A stretch of 64,000 bases of DNA from Eledone cirrhosa (taxonomy: Eukaryota). Position 1 is the first letter of the stretch; every line of letters starts with the position of its first letter. Shown here piece after piece: positions 27,007-41,699 of this stretch. The notes below the pieces were generated by a model. That model was given only the letters and a program-made list of their open reading frames with translations. It ran no database searches and was not told the origin of the DNA. Location of the stretch: the NCBI GenBank assembly GCA_964016885.1, contig OZ024740.1, positions 348,316,001 to 348,380,000 of the forward strand, in the 5' to 3' direction. The position numbers and the translations under genes were made by a program.

Positions 27007-29370
27007 CTAGCAGAAGTACACGGCGTTGCCCGGGTGTAAGTCGACCTTTGGTCTGTTAGAATGTGTGAAAGTTACTTCTCGCGCATCACAGGTTCAAAAC
27101 TTCGAACTTCAATGGAAAAAAATAGGTTAGTAGACACAGGTGTGTAATTTATTAATTGTAGTTACACAGTGTATCGTTGAAATTGTTCTCTGCACGACTG
27201 AAGTCAAAATCGCTTGATATTGAATGTTCAGTTAATTTAAAGCAGGGTGAAAATGTCGATTACTTTTAGGGTTTTTTTTATTTACAATTTTTGCGCTCAC
27301 ATGTGCAGAAGAAGAATTAAAAGGGCCTTTATTTTAACCGCGGCATAATGGCGAGTCTTTTGTGACAGATTTTAAGAATATAAGACGTTCCTGTAAAAAG
27401 TTTTCCAATGTGTAACTTTGCCTTGTTTTTTTGCGCAAAGTCGAGCCCCGCTTCAGTTTTATTGATTTTTTACATCAATGTGTGATCTCTGAAGTATATT
27501 TGAGTAGCTAAAAATCTGTCCAGGTAAATTTGCTATAGGGGAAAAAAAGTTGATCAAAATTGTATCTAGGGTTAGTGCCCTTTGCCACAGCCTCAAGCCT
27601 CGTCTGACGGGATGTTGGTGATTCCTCCGTCAGCGCTTGTTGGCGACGAAGACGAATATCAGCAAGCCTTGTCGTACGTGATGTTGGTGACTCAACCAGC
27701 CGGGAAAGACGTCTATCAGCGAGTCGAGATTCGCGCTCAGCAGGTGTTTCCTAGAGAAAATTAATTAATTCTACTGGTTAGCTAAGCCAATGGCAGTGTC
27801 AATAGTAAATGAGAAAAGTCTAACATGAACAAAAGGGAATCAAGGTAAGACAATAAATTTAATATAACTACGATTAGAATGTTGTAGTTGCTTAAAAGTG
27901 GTGACAGTTAGGATAAACGCAGTACTTGCTAACATTAAGGGAGAATATTGCATAAAGGATTAATCAATTGTGAATGAACTCATACCTGAGAACGCCTAAT
28001 TCGTTGTCTCAAAGCAATAGCTGTACCTTTTTTGGAGTTAAGTCTTGAACGTTTCCGTGTGGGCATAACGACGTGTAACGAAGCTGTTAGGTTAGAGAGA
28101 GGTGATTAAATACAGAGAGAGATGACACCAGATTCGTTAGCATGGTTGCTGGTGAATGGGAAGGTTTGGAAATATGATTACAATAACTGACCGAATTTTC
28201 CCGTCTATAAATTGCACTTAAAATAATTAAATTTAATAAAAAAAACAGCTCTGCGCTTTATACTCCGGTGAGCCTTATGTATAAATAATACAATGGTAAT
28301 CAATCACGGCTCTAACAGAAGTAATAGATCTAGACTAAAAGTAAAGAAGATAGCATTTTCTGGTTGGCCTTACACGCCGTTGCGCGGACCTGATTTTAAA
28401 TGATACGCCTTATATCCTGGTGAGCCTTATAGAGCGGAAAATATCTATTGGAAAAGAATACGAATTCATGACCAAGGTGTGACAAAATAGGCGTCTATAC
28501 AGCGCCTGAAACAAACCTGTCCAAAACCCTAGGATTTTTCTCGTTAAGTATCCACCCAAAAGGAACCGTTTTTTAGTTACAAAAAATTACCAAAGTGTAT
28601 AGTAGCTATATTTCTGACATATCATGCCAAAAAGAACAATATATTCAAAAAATGTTCTAAAGTACATTCAATCTCTCTTTTTGACCGATATCTTAATAAG
28701 CAAGTTATCGATTTTTTATTGGCTGTCAGTGTCTATCTGCATGCAGGTGTGCACGTGTGCGCAATTAATTGCAAATACGCTCATAACATTTAGTCGTAAG
28801 CAGAACAAAAAATGCCATTAGAGGTGGGCTAATAATGAAGACACAAACACTGGTGAACTTACGTTTAAACACCCGAAAAGTTACTCACTTCCTGTGCAAA
28901 AGACTGTATTATAAATTAAGTAATTTACTCACAGCTTTTAGGTTCACAAAAGACACCATTAAATTTGGTTCCCTTTTCAGATAGGGATAATACTGTATTT
29001 CCACTTGAATAAGGTGGAATATGAAAAGAAACTCTTTAATGGTCGGTCGTTTACTGAGACAGCTGGGAAGACATGCAGCTGGCCGTCCAATCAATAACGC
29101 ACGTTCTTATATGGGCATAAGAAATTTATTTTTATTGCACCAGATGTAAACTAAGAGTACTTGTGTTCGAATTCACATAAAATTTCATTGGAATCGAAAA
29201 ACATTCTGTCATAGGGCCCGATTATCGATTTTTCGAAAATTTCAAGTAGCCTATTCCACTCTATTCGTTGAGTTTTATATATGTGTGAGGTTTCATGAAA
29301 ATTGGATGAACGGTGTAGCAGGCAAGTTCGGTACACTAAACAATGTCCATCTTCCCTTTATATATATAGA
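27007..29370 (-). mobile_element. Helitron deletion derivative, possibly with decayed helicase remnants
   Basis: Minus-strand 3' end CCCGGGCAACGCCGTG..CTGCTAG|T at 27007, same end type as 1864. 5' end A|TCTATATATATAAAGG at 29370 (or 29378). Weak PIF1-helicase-like remnants such as FIVLP*FP near 27.5-28.1 kb. Confidence 0.75.
28190..28445. mobile_element. Degenerate pogo/Tigger-like MITE nested in the Helitron
   Basis: Imperfect TIRs CCGAATTTTCCCGTCTATAA / TTATAGAGCGGAAAATAT. TATAyyCyGGTGAGCCTTAT occurs twice internally. Confidence 0.5.
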
Positions 29371-29490
29371 TATATAGATATATATAAACGAAGACGGTTG
29401 AGTTGCATTACGTTGAGTGCTCTCCATAATATTATATCGAGGTTGACCACACGGAATGACCAGTTCTATCCATTGGTGAAACAACAAACC

Positions 29491-30036
<546 letters not shown>

Positions 30037-30258
30037 TTCGTTTCTGAATTTGTTTAGCAAGATTCTTTATCTGAAATCGTGTATTGAAACCGATATTGTT
30101 ATACTTTGGGAGGGTCATGTTGCCAATAAGAAACACACGCACCAGTTGCTTTCACTTCAATTTATTATATATTTATAAATTTATAAATTTACAAATCTAC
30201 AAACTTATAAATTTTTGGTTGGTTGGTTGGTTCCACAACCAGATAGTTGTTTATATAT

Positions 30259-30303
30259 AGTCATAGTCCTTTCGTCACACACTCTGTGACCTCTTCAGTG
30301 ACT
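30259..30303 (-). ncRNA. Hammerhead ribozyme (inverted pLTR copy)
   Basis: Exact reverse complement of 31718-31762. Confidence 0.75.
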
Positions 30304-30354
30304 GGGGATTCCTTTCTTTGTTTCTGTGCCTTTCCTTTCTTCTATCCTACGCCA

Positions 30355-31517
30355 AGAACAATTAGAAGACAGCTTAACCCTGATAATGTACTCCCGCTAC
30401 GTAGATGATATAAACATCGTAGTTAAGACACCCCCACTAAAGAACAGTCAGGAACTAGAGAAAAACACAATGGAAAGCATCCAGCAAATAGCAAACTCCA
30501 TCCACCAGAGCATTAGAGTTACTATAGACTACCCAAGTAGACACCCCAACCATCGATTACCTGTACTAGACACAGAGCTCTGGTTAGATACCATTAACAA
30601 CCAAAGACAAATCCTCCATTCCCATTATGCCAAACCCATGACTTCCAAACATCTGATCCACCGAAACTCGGCCATTTCGGACCATACCAAAATCAACATA
30701 CTGATTGCGGATTTGGTACGGGTGATGAGAAATGTGTCCCGCATGTGCAACCCCGAAGAACTAGAGAGACACATACAACACTTCATCCAGTTCTGGCTAC
30801 AATCAGAGAGATAGAATCAGAGTGTATAGAGGAGCCAGAACCAAATGGGAAAAAATGGTAAATAATGACATAAATGGGACCTGCCCCTTGTATAGGAGCA
30901 AATTTTGGAATAGAATAGAAAGAACTAGGAACAAGGCCAATAGAATAAACTCATGGTATGATAGCAATAAATACCAGAGTGTAATGTTCATCAATACAAC
31001 CCCTAGAGGCGAACTAGCCTACAAATTTAGAAGGGCCCTAAATAAACATAAACTCAATATTAAGATAGTAGAAAGACCAGGTACCTCCGTAAAAACACTT
31101 ATTAGCAAGACATACCCGTTCCAAAGACCCTCATATATAGATAAGAAATGTATAACCTGTAAAATAAGCCCCCATATTAACTGTAAAACTAGAAATGTAG
31201 TGTATAGCATAAGATGTACTGAAGGACAATGTAGAAACAAAAATATAGTGTACATAGGTGAGACAGCTCGTAGTATAGGAGAACGAATAAATGAACACTG
31301 GCGAGACCTTCAAGATAATAAAGAATCATCTGTGCTCTACCAACATGCTAAGATAGAACACAGGGGTAGATTAGAGAACATAGAAATAAAAATAGAATCC
31401 ACACACAGAAAAGATGCAATGTTTAGGCAAATTACAGAGGCAGTAAGCATAAAAGAATTACAACCAAAATTAAATAGAAAATATGAGTGGAACAGCAACA
31501 TCACAACTTACAATTAA
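30355..31517 (+). pseudogene. PLE RT C-terminus plus GIY-YIG endonuclease, one frameshift near 30790
   Basis: RYVDD, LPVLDTEL, YAKP and (S)GY thumb motifs; Cys-rich linker CITC..C; NVVYSIRC..C..YIGETAR..ERINEH and RQITEA..I...PKLN. Confidence 0.92.
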
Positions 31518-31717
31518 GGACAAAATGAAAACACACACACACATAGAACAAACAACCAACCAACAATAAATAAATAAACAAATAGATAAATGAACACAAA
31601 CACACACAGACACCCGGATGTGGCGCATGCGCAAACTGAGCACACAACACACACACAGAAACAAAATGGCGTAGGATAGAAGAAAGGAAAGGCACAGAAA
31701 CAAAGAAAGGAATCCCC

Positions 31718-31762
31718 AGTCACTGAAGAGGTCACAGAGTGTGTGACGAAAGGACTATGACT
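31718..31762 (+). ncRNA. Minimal type-I hammerhead ribozyme in PLE pLTR
   Basis: AGTCA-CTGAAGA-G-GTCACA(GAGTG)TGTGAC-GAAA-GGAC-TA-TGACT. Confidence 0.75.
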
Positions 31763-31924
31763 ATATATAAACAACTATCTGGTTGTGGAACCAACCAACC
31801 AACCAGAAATTTATAAGTTTGTAGATTTGTAAATTTATAAATTTATAAATATATAATAAATTGAAGTGAAAGCAACTGGTGCGTGTGTTTCTTATTGGCA
31901 ACATGACCCACCCAAAGTATAACA

Positions 31925-31959
<35 letters not shown>

Positions 31960-31985
31960 ACCGCAGACCCTCCATCTCCACTCTA

Positions 31986-32021
31986 CTTTTGAAAATCAGA
32001 AGAACTGCGAAACCGGTAAAG
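31986..32021 (+). ncRNA. Hammerhead-like motif, U3-A8 variant
   Basis: CTT-TTGAAAA-TCA(GAAGAAC)TGC-GAAA-CCGG-TA-AAG. Surrounding 31960-32090 is homologous to 7320-7435. Confidence 0.55.
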
Positions 32022-32088
32022 GAACCAAATAAGTATATATAATTTTTTTTAAATAATACTCCAGTTGCATTTTCGATTTCATCTTCTT

Positions 32089-32130
<42 letters not shown>

Positions 32131-32222
32131 CTATGTATATAGTAATAATAATAAGTCCAAAGAGGGCACGACAAGGATAAAGGGTGAAAGCAGCGATTCT
32201 TTGCTTAAACTTTAATCCGTTA

Positions 32223-32285
<63 letters not shown>

Positions 32286-32361
32286 TCACACATATATATA
32301 TATATATATAATGTTTTCCGATTAATGCAGCAATTTTATTTTTTCGTGGGGGGGGGGGGGG

Positions 32362-32535
32362 ACAGTCGATTAAATCGACCCCAATGCATTACTGGTGCTT
32401 TACTTTTATCGACCCTTTAAGGATGAAAGGCAAATTTAAACTCCGTCGTGATTAGATCTCAGAATATAAAAGAACGTAACTCTATGACGCGAAGTTTATT
32501 ATCCAATGTTCTACCATTACTACCAATCCACCGCT
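32362..32535 (-). mobile_element. SINE family A copy
   Basis: CTGGTGCTTTACTTTTATCGACCCTTTAAGGATGAAAGGCAAA ... TACCAATCCACCGC. Confidence 0.75.
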
Positions 32536-32855
32536 CTGACAAAGACATAAATAAAAAAAATGAGTCCTATAAGTTACCCGCTTTTGATGAAAGAGAAAAA
32601 AAATCGCCCCATCGGGCGTTAGTTTTTCACTAGGAGAGTAAAATAGTTCAGGAATTAGAGAATAAAAAAATACAGAACTAGGAGATGTAAGCCGATGTGT
32701 GCTTATTGTTTTTATTCTTTTATTATGTTGCTGGAATCGTGATGGCATCTATGTGTGTCTAGCATTATTAACATTGTATATATATCTGTTTGTCGGTCTG
32801 TGTATCTATCAAGTATTAAAAAAATGTATTAATGTCAAATATCTATCTCTTCATA

Positions 32856-33336
32856 TCTAAACTATAATAAAGTAAGAAGCGCGGGACTGCGTACGGTTTA
32901 TAATGTTTTATCCCCTTAGTAAAATAAGTTGGATTACTTTGAATAAATAATGAATGAATATTACATAATTTATCTACTAAATTTCGTGCCTATTCCTTAA
33001 ATATATTTTATTGGTTATTTAACGATTCAGTTCATTAACATTTTCAAATATCAACACTTCCGGTTAGCGATCGTTTAAATAAATATTCGAATATTTCTGT
33101 CACTAATTTTCTCCTAATGCAGTTTAAATATAATATCGTCTTTTTTAATGTATCATGGATTACGTTACTGATTACATAAGACAGTGTAACACAGTTTTCG
33201 TTCAATTCCTGTGTATATTGTCAATTACAATTGTATTTGATGTATCATATCTACATGTATATATACTTGCGTATAATATCAATATACACACTACACAGGG
33301 GAGCAGAAAACCACCCGAGGGTGGTTTTTCTGCTAG
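32856..33336 (+). mobile_element. ~480-bp mini-Helitron
   Basis: 5' end A|TCTAAACTATAATAAAG. 3' hairpin GCAGAAAACCACC-CGAG-GGTGGTTTTTCTGC runs into CTAG|T. Confidence 0.75.
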
Positions 33337-33363
33337 TACATATAAATATCTAAATATCTATCG

Positions 33364-33403
<40 letters not shown>

Positions 33404-33574
33404 CAATGGATTCTACAGGACTAGATCTGTTTCATTCGGGAGAAATCATCAGGAAGTATTGAGTAGCTTACTTACTGTGGTTACCCCCGATTGAACCCGG
33501 GATAAACTTAGCTATCTATCTCTCTCTCTCTATATATATATATGGGTCATACTTTTTCCTATATATATATATAC

Positions 33575-33785
33575 AGGAAAAGAGTCAGGACCCCGACGGC
33601 TGAGCTCCGGCTGTTTCGGCTGCTCGATCCGAACTAGATCTCAACAGTTCGGATCTAGCAGTCGAAACCGCCGGAGCTCAGCCGTCGGGGTCCTGACTCT
33701 TTTCCTATGACACACTCTACTACCCTTAGCATCGAGTACTCGTTCGTTATGGTCCACCTAGTTTCTTACCACACTTTCTTCGTTA
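33575..33785. mobile_element. GC-rich ~130-bp hairpin with tail; probable palindromic PLE remnant in (TA)n
   Basis: 33575-33634 pairs with ~33645-33706. Contains GTCGAAACCG (HHR 3' half-like). (TA)n on both flanks. Confidence 0.65.
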
Positions 33786-33797
33786 TATATATATATA

Positions 33798-33853
<56 letters not shown>

Positions 33854-33891
33854 GTGTATATTTTATACACTTTGTTCTAGTCACGGTTACC

Positions 33892-33940
<49 letters not shown>

Positions 33941-34040
33941 TTAAGCAAAACAAGACCACAAATTTCACAAGGACATTATTAAATATATCTCCTCTACTAT
34001 CTCCATCTCTCTCTTTAAGATTGTTTACTCTTGAACTGTG

Positions 34041-34108
<68 letters not shown>

Positions 34109-34129
34109 TGTGTGTGTGTGTGTGAATGT

Positions 34130-34295
34130 ACGTGATTGGCTTTTGCACAGTAGCCATCTATTAAATTTTACCCTCAAGACAGTCTTCAGCCAGAGGCTAT
34201 AAATTATAGGCACTTGCCTAAGAAGCCAAGCTGTGGGACTGAATCCAAAACTACGTTATTCCGATGTGTTTACCTTCACAACATAATCATGTATG
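34130..34295 (-). mobile_element. Degenerate tRNA-derived SINE (second family)
   Basis: Minus-strand GATTCAGTCCCACAGCTTGGCTTCTTAGGCAAGTGCC (B-box followed by GGCAAGT core-like motif). Confidence 0.45.
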
Positions 34296-37200
34296 TCTTG
34301 ATATTTCTGTTTGCCTTTAAAAATCTTGTGACGAATTCACAAAACTCATTCAGTTACTTAATTTAAATCCTCTTTTGTTGTTGTTTAGTCTCTTGTCAAG
34401 CGTAACCAATCAGCACGAAGATCAAAGATGCTTCACATGTTGCCATGCTATATATTTGCACCTTTTCCAATGTACAAATATATAGTATAGTGATAGTTCT
34501 GATTGGTTTGGCTATCAAGTACGCAGATGATTTATCAAAGTCTTGTTGGTTCCTATTCCTCTGCATCTTTCTTGTTCTTATTTTGTCTCTAGCCAGCTTT
34601 TAATCAAATACGTTCCAGTCATGATACTCGTGAATATTCCTTTTCTATTTCTATCTATGTAGCTTTCTGAGGAGTTTTAAACATTGTTGCATAGTTGGCT
34701 GTAATCCGAGGAAAAGTTTATTTCTAGGATATTGAACAAAAATTCTTAACATGGCTCTGCCAAGTTTTGTGCATATGATTTTACTATCTATTTGAAGGAT
34801 TTAGTTTTCTTTGGATAATGAGATTGTCGCAGTCCTGGTCTGTTATAAATGCGTATGTATCTTTGAGATTGCGTAACAGGAACGTAATACGGCAATAGAA
34901 TATTCTTCTAACCCTCTAAAGTATTGGCTTTTCATCTTTACTATTAATATTTTGATTATGGGATGTTTCTGTATGTGGTCCCTATAAATTCAAGATGTAA
35001 CCAAAGTAGTTTTTAGACATTTACGTAATGCTAAATATATAAGACAACACTGTTTTAGATATACAAAAACACAGGATGGTGTTGTGAGAAAGCCTTTGAT
35101 CAAAGATTTGCTCAATCAATCTGGACTTAGGGTTAAGCAACAATTTTAAACTACTTCCTGACGTTTTTAAAATAAAAGAAAAAAATATATTGAAATGTTC
35201 GGTTTCATATATCCGAGATTTACCAACAAAATATAAAATCAACACTGCAAACCAGAGAGGTTCATTAAGTTTGATTACAGGCAGTATTTAAGTTATTGAA
35301 TTTAACATTATTCTCATAAAAACATAGCATGTGGTATGAATAAAATCTGGTTAGTTTAAAGGATATCCAAAACATTAAAAATGCTATATATAAATTCTTT
35401 TCAAGCCCAGCATGTTTATTTATCTTAATGTAAATCCCATTAACCCGTCTATTTCTTAAATGCACTATAACATTTAAAGGAAATCTTAATTTTAGATTGT
35501 TAGTAATAGCGTTATTATTTCTTAATGGGCTTCTAGTGTGGTATTGAAGATAGCCGAGCTTATATATCTGCATTAAGAATATATTCTTGAAACTTAATTT
35601 TGTAATATGAGAGTTTTTCCGCCAAACTACAAATCTATGGCTGAAAGCAATTATAGAGATTTTATCAGAAATTGATTATATCAGAATGTAAAGTTATCGG
35701 TTTTATCATATGAAAACAATGAAGATTAATACCAGGTGTTTATTGATTGCAGTTTCATCCAGCTTCTTTAATAATCAATAGGGTAAAAAAAATAGGTGAA
35801 GTAATTTAATAACTGTACATATTGATTGTAAACAAACTGGAAATATATCGTCGCATTCGTAGCAACATTAAAGATTTAGTACGAAATAGTACGAAATAAG
35901 ACTTGGGACGATGCGAGAATTTGGAGTCTCATTTGATCACTTAAAATGAGATTATTCTCGGGTGGTAGATCTAATCTCTCTCATTGTGTTATGTAGGATC
36001 CTTTAATATATCAATTTGTATTTTAAGTTGTCAATGCGATAAAATCTTCGAAGGCATATTTTGGGGTTATTTTGTTATTGAGGAACTGTCCTTGCAAGTA
36101 TTTGTATGATGTGTCAATCGTTGTATGATGTGTCGGAGTGAGTTGTCGTGCAAGATTGGACCTTTACTTTTGATTAATGTTTTAGACACACGTCACAATT
36201 TTGTTATGCCTTTCATGACAATATTTCTATGTTCTATTTGTTTCATCAGGATTCGGTAGTGGATTAATCCTAGCAATTGTGAGAGATCTGTTTCTATTAA
36301 AGATTTCGATTATTCATCGTCAATGACAAAAGGACGTCTGTGACTTTCTTTATCTTGTCGAAGGAATTCACCATAACAGAGCTTTTGAAACACGTAATGT
36401 AGCGCAGATACATTTACCCTTCCATGGCGTCAAACCTCACAGATGTTTCTAAACGCTTTTGCTGTATGGCGAACGATTTTAAACTCTGGGGAAATTTTTG
36501 TTCTGCCGCCTTACCTGCTTGAAACTCCTTTAAGAACATTTTTTTCTTGAAAGACATACGGAAGGTTTTAAGAAAAATCTTTTGAAAATTCCTTTGAAAG
36601 ATATAGAAAAACCATTATTTTCATACCTTCCAATATTTTTATATTTTTATATTTTTATATCTTCAAACGTTTTTAATATATATATCCAAAGGTTTATATA
36701 TATGTGGAAAAACATATGATTTTTATATATAGGTTTTTTTATATATATGTGGAATAACCTATGGTTTATGCTTTAAATATATTCTTAAGATACATTTTTT
36801 AAATGTTTTAACTTTATAGCAAGTAAATTTATGACTTCGTATAAAATAACATATGGTTCATGTTTTAATTATATTCTTAAGATAAAAAAATGTTTAACTT
36901 TTTAACTTTATAACATTTAATCCTTAGAGTCATCTGAGTTCTTAAAAAATCACTTCTAACTTTCTTTACACTTCCTTACACTTCCTTACTGTTTTTATAA
37001 TATAACTAAGTGGTTATTCCTTTGTAAACTCTCGTAAATTTTTCATAAATTCAGAATTATTTGGATGTTTAAATTTTTGACTTACAACTTTTAATAAAAT
37101 AAACTATACTAAATTTGCTCTAATGTAAAATACTATATATTTATTTAAATAATTTATAATCCTTAACATACACATTTAAAGTAATTATTAATATCAAATT

Positions 37201-37817
37201 ATTAAATTAAATCTTTAATATTAAGGTAAATTTAATCTTCAATTTTGATGTCTAATTTTTTAAATTTAATTTAATTTTAATCTAATTTTTCAACCTATCA
37301 TTATAAGTATTATAATCAAAACGTAATGAATCCTGCATTAGAAATATTATTCTTCGACGTTATTCTCATTTATTCTCTCCCTTAGATATACTTACGCTGT
37401 GTACGCTTTGAACCTCATCTCTTCATGCACTCTATTTTCACTATCAATATATATAATCGTTCTTTCTTTCCTCTTCTATCTTTCTCCTTTCTTTTTTCTT
37501 TTTTTCTTTTTTCTCTCTCCCTTACATATCACCTTCTTCCAACAGTTTAATTTAAATAAACCATTATCTTTTCAACATTTCGGACACTCATTTGCATACT
37601 CACTCATAATTTTGTATCACCCTCAATAAATGTACTATCTCCACTATCCAGGAAGCTCCAACCGTTAAGGTTTTTTTTCCGGGTATGTCAATATTTATTT
37701 ATAAAACAAATCTGTATTTTATCTGATGAAAGCGCACCATAATTTGCCTTGGTTGCCCTTGAAATATGTATAATAAAATAAATATGGTTTTATAAATAAG
37801 TTTCCATTTATTAATAT

Positions 37818-37897
<80 letters not shown>

Positions 37898-38218
37898 ATG
37901 TTGAAAAGGTAACACACTAGAGAGAGATACAGTGCGCCATCAATAAAACAAGGAAAAACCACCAGTGTATGGAATCTATAACCTATGAAAGGCAGACTAT
38001 AGACACGATAATTAAAAATATAAATTAAAGCGTAAATAAATACCTCTATAACTATATAACACACGCTATATGGCTCCGTTAATGTATCGTGATATATATA
38101 CTGAAGTAAAAGTTAAGTGGAAATATCCAAGAGTAGAGCACTCAGTCCATAGGACGAGTTTAGTATAAATAATTATAACAGTGACATAAACCGGTACTCA
38201 AGTTTCGTTGGGGCCCAG

Positions 38219-38272
<54 letters not shown>

Positions 38273-38392
38273 GGCTGAATGTTTTTTCTAAAAATCATTT
38301 CTTCCTTTCCTTCCTCTTCTCACTCTCTATATTTCTTCATTGTAGTTGTTACCGTTAATTTCTTTTTTCATTTTTGCATACACATTTGAAAC

Positions 38393-38582
<190 letters not shown>

Positions 38583-40536
38583 TATATATATACGTATAGA
38601 TGTTTTTACAAAGATTGTTAGAGTATAGATATAAGATATCGAATTTCCAGTGAAGAATTTGATAAGCGTAATTAGATATTTGCTAATACTCACTTTAGCC
38701 GACAAAATCTATTTGATTATATGTTCCAGCCCAAGAAATCTCTGAAAATATATATCAAAATGTTATATTTAGAATTAGAATATTTCCAACGTTGGTTTAG
38801 TAGCACTTTATATCTTGGATTAACATGTTTTCTTCTAAAATTCAAGTAATATATTTTTGGCTAAAGTCCTGCCTAAAATATGCATCATCATGAAGATTTC
38901 AGGATGATAATTTTGTAATGTTTCCGTTTAACTAGGCATACAATCCTTTGAAACCGGTTATGTTTGGCAAGATGATATTAGATATGATGAATCTCAAATT
39001 CGAAATATAATATTCATTTTCATTTAAAATGAAATATTATATTAAACTTATAAATAATCACTACGATACCTACTTTGACAGCATTGCTGAGATGAATTTA
39101 ATCTTTGTAGCTAAATTCAGGATGGTATCCATTATCGTAATTCATATCCATTCATTTATTTATTCTTTCTTGTATTTTATGTCATATTTTGTGAACAAAT
39201 TGATTGCAAATCCCTTATGGGTTAATTGCTGGTTCACAGCATTTCTGGTGGCAAATGTACTTTCGAAATATGATTTAATTTCAATATTTTGTAGACAATA
39301 TATATTCGTTAACTTTAATTTTGTATCACTTAGCCCATTATTGCTATTAATGAAACGTCTGTTAATTCCCTTTTATATTGGTAGCTTTGTGCATTATGTC
39401 GTTCTAATAAATAGGAACGTATTCCTATAAGAATACATTTAAAAATGCTGTTTAATTGATCATTCAGAGCATTCATCTTTTCTAAGAGTACAAGAAATAA
39501 TTTAAGCAATTCTTTTGAGTAAACGCACACAGACACGCACTTAACCAAGCATTCTCAGTCACACATTGATATATCTAACATTCCTTCAGCATACTCTAAA
39601 CCATACTCTAAACATCTAAAGCATTAGTTTGAAAACAAATTCTGCTCATGTTTGAAAACAAATTCAATTCATGTATGCTTGTAGAGGAATTCTTTTGAGG
39701 AAATATAGAGAAGTTTCCTTTGCCCTTTTTCCCGTGGCGGGTGGGTGATGGTCTATTTTACAATACACCATCTTATTGATTAAATACAGAGAATTTAGCC
39801 AAACCTTCTTTGGCTCTCCGCATTTCAAAACGGCTTTAATAAATCCGCTAATCCACAACCCTGGATTGCTGGTTTTCTTTGACGACCAAGAACTGATGAT
39901 TGTCCAGTTAAACTCAGCGACATTTAAATGCAGAACAAAAAGGGTCAACACGAACATTCAATATTTAAGCGAAACCTCGGATTCAACTTTTTATTCTCGC
40001 AACATTAAAACATTAATCAATAGAAGCCCGAAGTATACACTAACAGAGCGCTAAAATCGAATCTAAAATCAGATTCGCCGTGGATTTCGTTAGTTAGCTA
40101 CACAAGCTCTAAGGATTTAGTCATTTTATTATAGCGATGGTGTTTAATGCATTATTATAGAGTATGAATTTTAAAAGCAATTAATACGTATATTACGTAT
40201 AAAGTTTACTTATATGAACATTGAAAGTTTTAGTTTGAAGCTTTGTAAAGACAAAATATTCATTTGTTGCATTTAAAAATCCATTACAAATGAAGTTGAA
40301 TTTCTCGCTATATTGCTTTTATATACGATTAACAAACGGCGTTTCTAGGTCATTTAAAAAAAAAACTGGGGAGCCGATCTCTCCTCCAGGTCTGAATACA
40401 GCAGATTTCTTCCAGAGAAGGATAGACAGAGTGATAGAATGCAAGTGGAAAAGAGATATAGAGGAAAATCGACCCCAGTATTAAACTGATGCTTTTTTAT
40501 CGACCTTGAATGGATGTAAAGCAAAGTTGCCCTTCA

Positions 40537-40752
<216 letters not shown>

Positions 40753-41663
40753 GTTACCACTATCTACTTTGGAAATTTCTAGACGACCACACCGTATAAT
40801 ACTAATATACACACAATCCTTCATATATAACAGCCATTTGTCACTAAGTTATCATGAATGTTCAGATATTGATGTACATATTACAGATTTATTCAGGCAT
40901 TCCAGTTCAATGTTGCACCCAATAATAATGAACATTATTTGCTATGGATTTTACTTTATGTCTTGTGTATATCTATTAATAAGAACTTTAGTATGCAACG
41001 ATTCTGATCGAGCTTACTGTTCGTGATAACATTTCTATATAATCCCTGTACTTCGTATTATATAAACGAACTAGCAACATCAATAAATTAGATAGAAAAA
41101 ATAATACTGATATATCTTCTTTAATGTTTGGTTACCGAAAGGTCTCTTTAAATGTTATTTCAGGTTTTATATGATCATGGTATTAGAAAATAAAATAGTT
41201 ACCATCTATTAAGAACTCAAACAGCCAAAAGAAAAAAAATGAATAATGATAAATAAGAATAGCAAAGAAATGAATATATAATCTACTTAGTAATCTCTTT
41301 TAACATTTCCAATATCTTTTAGTTGATCTGGGAGTAACATTAAATTTTGTTGCATTTTTTCATCTTTAATATACTTTAACTTTCATTTTCTTTAGCAGTT
41401 TCAAGTCTACGTTATATAAAATATTTCACGAGGAGTCTACAATACAATTACGACTTTTAGACTACATTCAAGAATCAGGCAATAAGACTTGTCATTTTAG
41501 AAAATAAATGGCTCAATTTTCTTTGACAATATAATCGCACTGTCTGATCGTCGTGTGATCACAGTAAATTGTATATGGTTTAAAACGTAATACACAAATT
41601 TCTTTACGAGTCCTCGAACACAAGCTACCCTGCCATCGCACAACACATATACATATATCTCTC

Positions 41664-41699
<36 letters not shown>

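Larger units (their letters stand above)
30040..31928 (+). mobile_element. 5'-truncated Penelope-like retroelement with inverted pseudo-LTRs
   Basis: 262-bp inverted repeats at 30093-30354 and 31667-31928 enclose RT and GIY-YIG coding sequence. Flanked by (TA)n. Confidence 0.93.
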
